Positions 22,053-30,279 of a stretch of 35,215 nt of DNA are shown here, piece after piece. Below the pieces are notes generated by a model. It was given only the letters and a program-made list of their open reading frames with translations, searched no databases and was not told the origin of the DNA. Position 1 is the first letter of the stretch, and every line of letters starts with the position of its first letter. Both the position numbers and the translations under genes were made by a program. Source of the DNA: a virus (Duplodnaviria; Caudoviricetes); the IMG/VR virus record IMGVR_UViG_3300031519_000095, positions 1-35,215 of that record. The stretch is one strand, 5' to 3'.

Positions 22053-22295
22053 ATGACAAAAAAAGAAAGAAAGGAATTAGCAGAGTTTATAAATAGATAC
22101 AAGGAAATTGAAACATCTATTGATCTTATGCAAAAGAGTATAGTAAGCTTAGCAGAAAAAAGAGATAATCTATTTGAAGAATTGGATCAAATGAAAGGTA
22201 AAGAAAAAAGATTCATGGAAAAGCTAATAATTAAATATGGTGAAAGTAGTATTACACCATATAAGCTAAAAGAAATTTACGAAGAAGGTTTATGA
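22053..22295 (+). CDS. Small coiled-coil hypothetical protein (possible fibre chaperone)
   Basis: The ATG at 22053 (MTKKERKELAEF, 80 aa) avoids overlap with the fibre gene. Charged heptad pattern. The stop overlaps the next start (ATGA). Confidence 0.55.
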   Translation: MTKKERKELAEFINRYKEIETSIDLMQKSIVSLAEKRDNLFEELDQMKGKEKRFMEKLIIKYGESSITPYKLKEIYEEGL

Positions 22296-23074
22296 TTATT
22301 TTAAAAAACATATTAGGAATACTGACTGATACTAAAAACACAAGAATGTTTTTATTAGGAGGTATTGTAGTGCTATCTATTTTGTTGTTTAACCAATGCG
22401 AAGAAACAAATTTAGCAAAAGACGAAGTCATTAGAATAAGTAATAATTGGGAAGCTTCCTTAGATACGATTCAGAATTATGTAGACGAGAACGGTAATGC
22501 AGTGGCTCAAATAAGAGCACTGAGTGTATCACTAGGTGAAGTTGAAGGCGAATTAAAATTTGAAAAGGACAAGCCGCCATTAACTATTATTAAAACTGAA
22601 ACTATAATTAAAGAAGTTATTGTAGAAGTTCCTGTAATTATATTAGATACCGTGTTTCATACTGTTATTGGTGACTTTGATTCAGCTTTATCATTTTCAG
22701 ATAAAAAAGAATGGGGAAGGAGCACTAGGGCTATTGATGCAATAATACCTTATAAAACTACAGGGAATAATATAACTTTTGGTAATGCTAGTATAGGATT
22801 ACAGCAAAATATATTTTTAACTGCTTCATTAACAAGGGACAATAAAACAAAAGAATTATTTGTAAATCTGTTAACTGATTATCCTGGTACTACATTTAAT
22901 AATGCCGAAGGTATATTAATTAATAAAAAGAGTAAATCATTTAAAAGTTTACAATATGAAAATAGAAAAACAATAGGCCTAGGTTTACAACTAGGTGTTG
23001 GTTTAAGCGGAACTCAACTTAGTTCATATGTAGGGATAGGTTTAAGTTATACACCAAAGTTTTTACAATGGTAA
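22292..23074 (+). CDS. Membrane-anchored protein, spanin candidate
   Basis: N-terminal hydrophobic helix MFLLGGIVVLSILLF followed by NQC. C-terminal alternating beta strands IGLGLQLGVG / YVGIGLSY and a terminal W. Confidence 0.5.
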   Translation: MIILKNILGILTDTKNTRMFLLGGIVVLSILLFNQCEETNLAKDEVIRISNNWEASLDTIQNYVDENGNAVAQIRALSVSLGEVEGELKFEKDKPPLTIIKTETIIKEVIVEVPVIILDTVFHTVIGDFDSALSFSDKKEWGRSTRAIDAIIPYKTTGNNITFGNASIGLQQNIFLTASLTRDNKTKELFVNLLTDYPGTTFNNAEGILINKKSKSFKSLQYENRKTIGLGLQLGVGLSGTQLSSYVGIGLSYTPKFLQW

Positions 23075-23082
23075 ATAAATAA
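23073..23082 (+). promoter_or_regulatory. Putative late promoter box (ATAWATAA)
   Basis: AAATAAATAA ends only 5 nt before the ATG at 23088, so it may simply be an A-rich initiation region. Confidence 0.25.
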
Positions 23083-23087
23083 AAAGA

Positions 23088-24467
23088 ATGGAATCATCTA
23101 AGTTTATACAATTAGCAGACGGTATTTTACTAGAGTATATTTACACTAGTCAATCGGATCCTACTGAATTTAATACGGCTAATTACCCTATTGAAATTAT
23201 GGAAGACGGCCATACTGGTGGTAATTACTTTTTTAATACAGAAAGTGTATCTGCTGAGATTGGCAATTATAGAGATATTTCAGCTGCTGCTATCAATAAA
23301 AATAAAACACAATATGCGTATTTAGATACTGACATAGGCGTGCCTTATAATGATTTCGATCCATTACTAACTGATAGTGCCAACTTATTACAAACATTTT
23401 CACCGCAACTTGATATTGCATATGATAAGATAAGAGTACATTTTATTTCAGGCTTTTCTTTTAGTGGATTTGACGGTATAATATTTGAATCACTAGTTCC
23501 AAGAAGAGACAGTGTACTTCTTAATCTATCAGCAATTAACTTTTTAAAAACAGATACACCTGTATTTAATCCAGATCCTGTATTAATAAATGATAAGCTA
23601 TATGCTACTTATATAGAATGGAGAATACCTTCTCTATATTTCATAAACAATTCATTTAATGCAGGAGATACAAATGGGTTAGGATATAAGTTAACAGATG
23701 GCCAAGGATTTTTAAGTACCCCAACTATTACATTTAAAGCTTCTGGTATTTATGAAACTATAGTAGATAATGGATATAGTTATTATAATATAGAGGAAAT
23801 AAATTCAGTCACTTTACCGAATAGAGATATTTATGATAATCTTTATGCAAGTGTTAAAGAATCAGATAGTGGAGATTATTTTGAATTGACTGGGGAAGTC
23901 ACAGGATCTACTTTTTCTAATTTTATTGCTCAGTTAAATTCATCAGGCGGTAACTATGTAGTATTTCATGAAATAAATGTAAGTGAACAAATAGGTACAA
24001 CTTTTGTTAAAACTAGTACACAAGTATTTACTCAAACTACTAATTTTGATAATCCTATTTTATTTAGACCTATCATTCTTAATAGTGCAATCGCTGCATC
24101 ATTTTCAATTAATTATATGCTAAGGTTATATAACCGAGCTGATAATACTCAGATAGTAAAAATTGCAAGATTAACTTCTTTTGATGTCAATAAGTATGGT
24201 AGAAGATTAATGAAAATAAATTTAGGTGTTGTACCTACTATTGCAAACGTTTATAATCAAATAACCAAAGATGATGGTAAAAATATAATCGTTAATAATG
24301 GTGGTGTTGGTAATAACCCAGGACAAACATCAGACCAAATAGTAGAACAGCTAGTTATAAAAACTAAATATGTTACTTCGTTTAGAGATAGGCTAAATGT
24401 AAAGGCTGCAATTTCACCAGCTAAAATACAAACAATAACAGAAACCGATGGCAGCACAAACGAATAA
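23088..24467 (+). CDS. Probable virion structural protein
   Basis: 459 aa, beta-rich composition, structural-module context. No family recognised. Confidence 0.5.
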   Translation: MESSKFIQLADGILLEYIYTSQSDPTEFNTANYPIEIMEDGHTGGNYFFNTESVSAEIGNYRDISAAAINKNKTQYAYLDTDIGVPYNDFDPLLTDSANLLQTFSPQLDIAYDKIRVHFISGFSFSGFDGIIFESLVPRRDSVLLNLSAINFLKTDTPVFNPDPVLINDKLYATYIEWRIPSLYFINNSFNAGDTNGLGYKLTDGQGFLSTPTITFKASGIYETIVDNGYSYYNIEEINSVTLPNRDIYDNLYASVKESDSGDYFELTGEVTGSTFSNFIAQLNSSGGNYVVFHEINVSEQIGTTFVKTSTQVFTQTTNFDNPILFRPIILNSAIAASFSINYMLRLYNRADNTQIVKIARLTSFDVNKYGRRLMKINLGVVPTIANVYNQITKDDGKNIIVNNGGVGNNPGQTSDQIVEQLVIKTKYVTSFRDRLNVKAAISPAKIQTITETDGSTNE

Positions 24468-25428
24468 ATCAAATAGCATATCCCGAACCGCATTTAGTAC
24501 ACCAGAAATAACAACTACGCCGATTGGTATACAGACTAACATACCAGTCACCGTGCCTACTAGAGAATACTTTAAAAAGTTTACTTCTTTAAATCCTACG
24601 GCCGAGCCGTTACCGCAAGGTGATGGTGTTATTAGAATATCGCCATTTGATGATTACATTATATTTACTATATTTGATGAAACTGGGCAAAATGGCGAGT
24701 TAGCAGATACACCAATAGATCTTAGTAATGTAGGTACATTAACATTAGTATTCGTTGGTGCTAATGATGAAATAAGAATACCTAATTGGACTAGAGTACA
24801 GGAAGTTGATTTATCACAAGGCCAAGTATTATTCAGAATAAGCAAAGAAGACTCTAAAAAGATACTAGCACTTGATAATCAAAACTTTTACATATCTACT
24901 AGAATGGAAGATAAAGATGGTACTAGTGACGAAAGTGTTTTATATACAGGTACATTTTTAAATTTACAGGATTCTGCTAAGCAAACGGCAACTGATAAAT
25001 TAAATCAGCAAGCTTTAATATATTCTACTGAATTGGCAGAACTTAACACAACAATAAAAAGATTAAATAAAGAGTTGGCAAATATGATATCTTTAGACCA
25101 AGATCAGATTGCAACAATAGCATTACTAGAGGCGTCTAATTTAGAATTAACAAATCAAGTAGCTGAATTATCTGATCAGCTAGGATCGTCAAAGTCTGAA
25201 GTTATTCTAAATAATGCTAAGCTAGCAACGCGATCATCAGATTTAATGATGGAGAAAAGGTCACAGATAAAGTCTATACAGAAAAAATCTAATAAAGATA
25301 GTAATAGAGCTAGACAAATAAGGTACAATATGCAAGCTGCTGCATTATTACAGGAATTTAATACAGCAAAAAATCCTGTTAGAGATAAGCGAGATATTAT
25401 TAATGGATCTTCTAACATTAACCAATAA
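24448..25428 (+). CDS. Probable virion protein: BppU-like Ig domain plus C-terminal coiled coil
   Basis: PIDLSN...VDLSQGQVLFRISKED resembles baseplate upper protein N-domains. Heptads LAELNTTIKRLNKEL and LELTNQVAELSDQL. Confidence 0.45.
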   Translation: MAAQTNKSNSISRTAFSTPEITTTPIGIQTNIPVTVPTREYFKKFTSLNPTAEPLPQGDGVIRISPFDDYIIFTIFDETGQNGELADTPIDLSNVGTLTLVFVGANDEIRIPNWTRVQEVDLSQGQVLFRISKEDSKKILALDNQNFYISTRMEDKDGTSDESVLYTGTFLNLQDSAKQTATDKLNQQALIYSTELAELNTTIKRLNKELANMISLDQDQIATIALLEASNLELTNQVAELSDQLGSSKSEVILNNAKLATRSSDLMMEKRSQIKSIQKKSNKDSNRARQIRYNMQAAALLQEFNTAKNPVRDKRDIINGSSNINQ

Positions 25429-25435
25429 TTAAAAT

Positions 25436-25990
25436 ATGATTTTAAGTGCAAGAAACTCTGAATTTAAATTTGAATTTCCTAGGAATTTTATACCTAAAGA
25501 AATTTCAGATAAGTATAAACCTTATTTAAATAGAATGCCAGGTTCAATGATTAAAGAACCTATTGACTATTTTAATTATGGTATACAATCAATGAATTTA
25601 CCTGGACCATCGTTTGATCCAGTAACACAAAATGATTTTCCTGGAAACACTAGAAAATTTAGAACAAGTTTACCTAAGCAAGAATTATTTGATAAAGAAT
25701 TAACAATAACAATGCAATCATTTAATGGTTGGGTTAATTATTGGATGGCAATTGAATTGTTTGATTATTATTACAAATTAAGTGGAAGAGACCCATATGT
25801 ACCAGAAGGTATAGGTTTGCAAATGATTGATGGTGGAGGTAATATCTTTGTCACATGCAAATTAAAAGAAATGATAATGACTGGGGTTAGCGCATTAGAT
25901 TTGAATTTCTCAAGTAATACTATTGAATTTCAAACATTTGACATTACTTTTAGTTATAATGTCTTAGAAACTATAATTAATCTTGTTTAA
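25436..25990 (+). CDS. Tail-tube-fold protein, T4 gp3-like tail terminator
   Basis: F.F.F at the N-terminus, IQSMNLPG, ELTITM....VNY and LDLNF.....FDITFSY. 184 aa. Confidence 0.6.
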   Translation: MILSARNSEFKFEFPRNFIPKEISDKYKPYLNRMPGSMIKEPIDYFNYGIQSMNLPGPSFDPVTQNDFPGNTRKFRTSLPKQELFDKELTITMQSFNGWVNYWMAIELFDYYYKLSGRDPYVPEGIGLQMIDGGGNIFVTCKLKEMIMTGVSALDLNFSSNTIEFQTFDITFSYNVLETIINLV

Positions 25991-25997
25991 TATATAA
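25988..25997 (+). promoter_or_regulatory. Putative late promoter box (ATAWATAA)
   Basis: TAATATATAA ends 16 nt before the ATG at 26014. Confidence 0.5.
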
Positions 25998-26013
25998 ACA
26001 AATAGAAAGAGCA

Positions 26014-26370
26014 ATGAAAACATTTAAAGACTACCTTAGTGAAAGCCATAATGAATCAGTAGATATACAAAACTTGTTGAATGAATCTTATGATTTAACA
26101 GAAGAACAAGAAACTGCAATTGATAATGCAGTTGATCGAATTATGGAAGAGCATAGTAACGGCAAAGACTTGGAAGTTATTATGGAAGAAATAATTAACG
26201 AAGGTATATTAGGATCTATTTTAGGTGGTCTTACTGGATTTGCTTTAGGTAAGACAGTAGGTAAGGCTATTGCAAAAGTACTAGGTATCCAAAAAGGAGC
26301 ATTGTATGATTTACTAACTAGTCGATTAATAGGTGCTGCACTAGGGGCAGTATTAGGTAAAAGACTTTAA
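26014..26370 (+). CDS. Probable head-internal protein: capsid-targeting leader, acidic pro-region and glycine-zipper membrane-active C-terminus
   Basis: MKTFKDYLSE resembles the T4 IP leader MKTYQEFIAE. Candidate sites LLNE and IINE. C-terminus GILGSILGGLTGFALG...LIGAALGAVLG. Confidence 0.6.
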   Translation: MKTFKDYLSESHNESVDIQNLLNESYDLTEEQETAIDNAVDRIMEEHSNGKDLEVIMEEIINEGILGSILGGLTGFALGKTVGKAIAKVLGIQKGALYDLLTSRLIGAALGAVLGKRL

Positions 26371-26380
26371 TTCAATATAA

Positions 26381-27046
26381 TTGATTTACACAGGTATAGA
26401 TTTCTCTCTTAATAGTCCAGGTATGTGCACCCAGGATAATAAAGGCAATTACACATTTATTACATTCTTTAATTATGGAAATAGAATATGGGATGAAGAA
26501 GGCCGAAAGATACCAAAGTCATTTTCAGTTCATAAAGAATTAATGGATAATAAAACAATATTAGGATTTCCATATTATAGACAAGTAAAAGATAAAGATT
26601 TTTTACGTAGAGAACGTGAAAAAATAACAGATGGGCAAATTATAGCAGATCTTATTTCAAATATTTTAATAACATTATATGGAACCGAAAACCATAAAAT
26701 TGCGTTGGAAGGTTTTTCATATGGTTCAAAAGGGAATTCATTTATTGATATAGTTCAATATAATACATTTTTAAGAAATGAGATTGTAAACTCTTGGGGT
26801 GTAGAAAATATTTCAATCTATCAACCATCTCATGTTAAGAAACTAGCAGGTAAAGGTAATGCAAATAAACATTATATGGTTAAAGCATTCCAAGACGATG
26901 TCTTTAATGATAAAGATTTAAGGAATACTAAATTATGGAAATGGTCTCAAGGTAAAGACTTTTCTGAAAAGATCCCAAAACCTATAGATGATTTAGTAGA
27001 TGGATATTTTATATTAAATGCAAATAAAGAAAAAGAGTCATCATAG
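26381..27046 (+). CDS. ruvC: RuvC-like Holliday junction resolvase
   Basis: TTG start. Motifs GIDFS (Asp), ALEGFSYG (Glu), PSHVKKLAGKGNANK..M and IDDLVDG (Asp pair). Confidence 0.8.
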   Translation: MIYTGIDFSLNSPGMCTQDNKGNYTFITFFNYGNRIWDEEGRKIPKSFSVHKELMDNKTILGFPYYRQVKDKDFLRREREKITDGQIIADLISNILITLYGTENHKIALEGFSYGSKGNSFIDIVQYNTFLRNEIVNSWGVENISIYQPSHVKKLAGKGNANKHYMVKAFQDDVFNDKDLRNTKLWKWSQGKDFSEKIPKPIDDLVDGYFILNANKEKESS

Positions 27047-27130
27047 ATAACTTACAACATTAATACTTAAAACCATTGAATACTTTAACACTAGTAATTA
27101 CATACTTCTCTTTCTTTAATTTAGTATATT

Positions 27131-27157
27131 TTATATATAGCAAATAGAATTTAGTTT
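27131..27157 (-). promoter_or_regulatory. Bipartite promoter-like motif, antisense copy
   Basis: The reverse complement reads AAACTAAAT-TCTATTTGC-TATATATAA, the same architecture as 27453-27479. Confidence 0.45.
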
Positions 27158-27166
27158 AAGAATATT

Positions 27167-27433
27167 ATGATAAAAGCAATAAAAAATAGAATATTTATTA
27201 AAAAGGATGAGCTACCTGAAAAAATTGGCAGTATATACATACCAAAAACTGAAGGTCAGTATGCCCCGCCATATTCAGGTACTATCATTTCAATCGGAGG
27301 TGACATAGAAGATGCTGACTATCAAGTAGGTTCACGAGTGCTGTTTCATGACTTGGCTGGGACAGAATTTAAGTATAATAACGAAACTATATTCAGCATC
27401 AGGGAAAATGATGTAACTGCTATTATGCTATAA
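27167..27433 (+). CDS. groES: Co-chaperonin GroES (Cpn10)
   Basis: IKAIKNRIFIK, GSIYIP mobile loop, GTIISIG, QVGSRVLF, AGTE and IRENDVTAI. 88 aa. Confidence 0.9.
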   Translation: MIKAIKNRIFIKKDELPEKIGSIYIPKTEGQYAPPYSGTIISIGGDIEDADYQVGSRVLFHDLAGTEFKYNNETIFSIRENDVTAIML

Positions 27434-27452
27434 AAAAGTTTTATTTAGTATG

Positions 27453-27479
27453 AAACTAAATAGAGATATGAATATATAA
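27453..27479 (+). promoter_or_regulatory. Bipartite promoter-like motif upstream of the SSB/primase/uvsY/uvsW block
   Basis: AAACTAAAT-AGAGATATG-AATATATAA immediately precedes the structured leader. Confidence 0.55.
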
Positions 27480-27486
27480 TAAACAA

Positions 27487-27631
27487 AGGTACTGATATTA
27501 ATTGGTACTTATAAACAGGCATATAACAAGGCAAAGTATATTGGCAATACCCGGGCAAATTAAAAATAGGCAGTGCTTTGTTATATCCATTAATTAATAA
27601 CAAATAAAATTAAAAGGCAATTAAAATGGCA
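27487..27631 (+). ncRNA. Structured 5' leader (candidate cis-regulatory RNA) of the SSB gene
   Basis: Hairpin 27487-27510 (10 bp, 3 G-U pairs). 13-bp stem 27521-27533/27574-27586 (1 G-U). Nine GGYA motifs and three AATTAAAA copies. Confidence 0.6.
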
Positions 27632-28540
27632 AATGAATTCGACATTTTCAGTGTAAGCGTCAAGGACCTTGACACTGGAGACAGACCACAAACAACAAGT
27701 GATCTGTACTCACCAAAACCCGACCAGGGACAAGACGGTACTTACCGTTCATTAATTAGGTTTCTCCCTAATGTAAAAAATCCACGCAAACCTTTCGTTC
27801 GCAAATATGTATATTGGTTAGAAGATCGGGAAGGTAACGGCTTTTACGTAGATTCACCTTCAACAGTTGGAGAGAAATGTTCTGTACAAGATATGTTCTT
27901 TAAACTCAGAAATTCTGAATCTGCAGTAGACAAAAAAATGTCAGAGGGACTAAAGCGTAGAGAAGTATTTTATGCACTAGTACAAATCGTAAAAGATCCA
28001 CAGAATAGAGATTTAGAAGGTCAGGTTAAAATCATGAAATTTGGTTATAAAATTAAAACTAAAATTGATGAAGAACTTAACCCACAGTTTGATGAACCAA
28101 CTCAAGTATTCGATCCATTTGAAGGAAAGAATTTTGAATTAGTAATTTCAAAGAAAGGTGGTTATCCTAACTATGATTCTTGTAAATTTCAAGGGAGTAG
28201 ATCTGCTATGACAATAGGGGAGGACTTAGTAACTTCTGATGATGCAGGTAGAACTGCAATTTTAGATTTTATTAAAGATTCACCAGAATTAGCAAACTTT
28301 GATTACCGCCCTTGGACTGATGAACAGCGAAATAAAGTAATGGGTGTACTTTCTCAATTTAGTAACCCAGGAACTTCTATTGAAACTGTAACAAGGAAAC
28401 AATCTGCATCAAATCCAGTAAAATCTGAAGCTGCTGCTGAGACTGTAACCACCAGTACATCAACTGCAACAGAAACTAAAACTGAAGATTCTTCCAAAGG
28501 CGATGATTTCGATGATTTCATTAATGGTTTAGATCTTTAA
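27626..28540 (+). CDS. gp32: Single-stranded DNA-binding protein, T4 gp32-like
   Basis: LIRFLP, SPSTVGEKC, IVKDP....EGQVKIMKFG.KI, FDPFEGKNFEL and GGYPNYD..KF, with an acidic tail DDFDDFINGLDL. Confidence 0.92.
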   Translation: MANEFDIFSVSVKDLDTGDRPQTTSDLYSPKPDQGQDGTYRSLIRFLPNVKNPRKPFVRKYVYWLEDREGNGFYVDSPSTVGEKCSVQDMFFKLRNSESAVDKKMSEGLKRREVFYALVQIVKDPQNRDLEGQVKIMKFGYKIKTKIDEELNPQFDEPTQVFDPFEGKNFELVISKKGGYPNYDSCKFQGSRSAMTIGEDLVTSDDAGRTAILDFIKDSPELANFDYRPWTDEQRNKVMGVLSQFSNPGTSIETVTRKQSASNPVKSEAAAETVTTSTSTATETKTEDSSKGDDFDDFINGLDL

Positions 28541-28544
28541 TGAT

Positions 28545-29618
28545 ATGGGAACAGAAGTATTAATATCTTCTGAAATGAAAGCTCGGATCATCGATAAGGT
28601 GGTCCGAGTTCTTCACCTTAATCATTCTAATCCAGAAAAAAGGAGAATGTTAGAAAGTAAGGAGCGATTAAATTTTGCATGTCCTTACTGTGGTGATTCA
28701 ACAGATTCAGCAAGAAAAAAGAGAGGAAATCTTTATTGGAAAAATTTACAATTCCATTGTTATAATTGTTCAGCTCATGAGAGTTTAGATACATTTCTAA
28801 AAGATCATAATTTAAACTTTGAAGGCGAAGATCGTATTGATGTAATTAATTTTATTAAAGAAAATAGAAAAAACTTTTCATTAGGAGAAAGTTTAGAATT
28901 TCATTTATTTGAAAAGGCAAATAAATTATCATTATCATTTGATGAAGTTGCATTAGGTTTTAATGTATATCCAATTAACGCTCTAACATATAGAGCATAT
29001 CCGTATTTAAAGAGCAGACTGTTGCATCATAAGACTGAAAAGTTTGGTTATGACCCAAGGAGAAAGGAGTTATATGTATTTAACCTTAATGCATTAAATA
29101 AAATTATAGGGTTTCAGGTCAGAGCATTAGATAATAATGGCGGTCCTAAATATAAAACATGGAATATAGAAAGGATATATGACAGGCTTAAGAAACCGTT
29201 AAATGTAACTGAAGAAGAGTTAGATTCTCTTAATAAAATATCAATGATCTTTGGTTTACTTACTACTGACTTAAGTAGAGAGTTTACAGTATTTGAAGGT
29301 CCTATTGATTCATTCTTTATGTCAAATACAATCGGACTTACTGGCGTTAAAAAACAAATATTAGATTTTGATGATATACCGACAGTTAGGTATTTCTTTG
29401 ATAATGACATTGAAGGTAAATCAAAAATGATCCAAAAACTAAAAAAAGGTAATACTGTTTTTATGTGGGATAAATTTTTAAAGGATTTTAGAATACCTTC
29501 TAAAAAAGTAAAAGATTTAAATGATCTGGTTAAATATGAATATAAACATAGGACTGGGTGTTTAGCTACGTTGGATAAATATTTTACAAATAACCATTTA
29601 GATCTCATATTTATATGA
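28545..29618 (+). CDS. gp61: DNA primase, T4 gp61-like
   Basis: Zn ribbon CPYCGDS...CYNC, IIGFQVR, PKYKT, TOPRIM VFEGPIDS and FFDND, and KDLND. Confidence 0.92.
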   Translation: MGTEVLISSEMKARIIDKVVRVLHLNHSNPEKRRMLESKERLNFACPYCGDSTDSARKKRGNLYWKNLQFHCYNCSAHESLDTFLKDHNLNFEGEDRIDVINFIKENRKNFSLGESLEFHLFEKANKLSLSFDEVALGFNVYPINALTYRAYPYLKSRLLHHKTEKFGYDPRRKELYVFNLNALNKIIGFQVRALDNNGGPKYKTWNIERIYDRLKKPLNVTEEELDSLNKISMIFGLLTTDLSREFTVFEGPIDSFFMSNTIGLTGVKKQILDFDDIPTVRYFFDNDIEGKSKMIQKLKKGNTVFMWDKFLKDFRIPSKKVKDLNDLVKYEYKHRTGCLATLDKYFTNNHLDLIFI

Positions 29619-29830
29619 TAAAAAATTACAATGATTTTGTGACTGAGGAATTTAATGATTTTTATGATGACTTAGAAATTTCTAAGAAAAAGCTTAAACT
29701 ATTTACTAAGTTTAAAAAGATTGAAACTGATGATGTAAAAAGTAGCTTTTCTTTACCTCAACCTAAAAAGAAATTTCAACCAAAGATTAAAAATTATAAG
29801 AAGATTGATAACAATAAAGGAATATTTTAA
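29615..29830 (+). CDS. Small hypothetical protein with an acidic N-terminus and Lys-rich C-terminus
   Basis: 71 aa, overlapping both neighbours (ATGA, TAATG). MIKNYNDFVTE resembles the capsid-targeting leader. Confidence 0.55.
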   Translation: MIKNYNDFVTEEFNDFYDDLEISKKKLKLFTKFKKIETDDVKSSFSLPQPKKKFQPKIKNYKKIDNNKGIF

Positions 29831-30279
29831 TGGCATTTGATGATACACAAATAAAGGAAGCTAATGAACAGTTAGAAATTAGACTAGCTTCTGATAGAAA
29901 TGATTGGCAAGTAAAGATTAAAGATCTTGTTTCAAAGCTAAAAAATATGAATGAGTTAGCTGAATGTCAAGTAAGGATGCTATCGTATAGACAAATCTTA
30001 TTAGACAAAGTAACTGATTTTAAGACTACCATATATAAAAGGAACGCTACTTGGGACAGGTATTATAAGAACCAATATCGAGAGTATTCAATTAACTATG
30101 ATGTTAAACTAACTAATGGCGAAAAGCATCAATTTATAAAAGCCGATCTGTCTTCTTTAAAAACTCAAATTGACATGCTACAGTCACACATAGACTATTA
30201 CTATGAATGTATTAAAACTTTAGATAACATGGCATTTGCAATAAGAAACAGAATAAGCTTAGATGATAAAGAATTTTAA
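29830..30279 (+). CDS. uvsY: Recombination mediator, UvsY-like
   Basis: 149-aa helical protein ending FIKAD...IDYYYECIKTLDNMAFAIRNRI, coupled directly to uvsW. Confidence 0.7.
   Translation: MAFDDTQIKEANEQLEIRLASDRNDWQVKIKDLVSKLKNMNELAECQVRMLSYRQILLDKVTDFKTTIYKRNATWDRYYKNQYREYSINYDVKLTNGEKHQFIKADLSSLKTQIDMLQSHIDYYYECIKTLDNMAFAIRNRISLDDKEF

Noticed and set aside
1117-25990. Prophage, tailocin or extracellular contractile injection system in a cellular genome
   Set aside because: The module is linked to T4-type SSB, primase, UvsY/UvsW and a neck protein, with no host genes or integrase. This fits a lytic phage.
27442-27462. Hairpin TATTTAGT-ATGAA-ACTAAATA as the groES terminator
   Set aside because: The stem is weak and AT-rich with no U-tract, and it overlaps the bipartite motif. 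It is not supportable as a terminator.
27487-27631. Mini CRISPR array or tRNA
   Set aside because: The repeats are only 4-5 nt with 11-16 nt spacing, and there is no cloverleaf or T-loop consensus.
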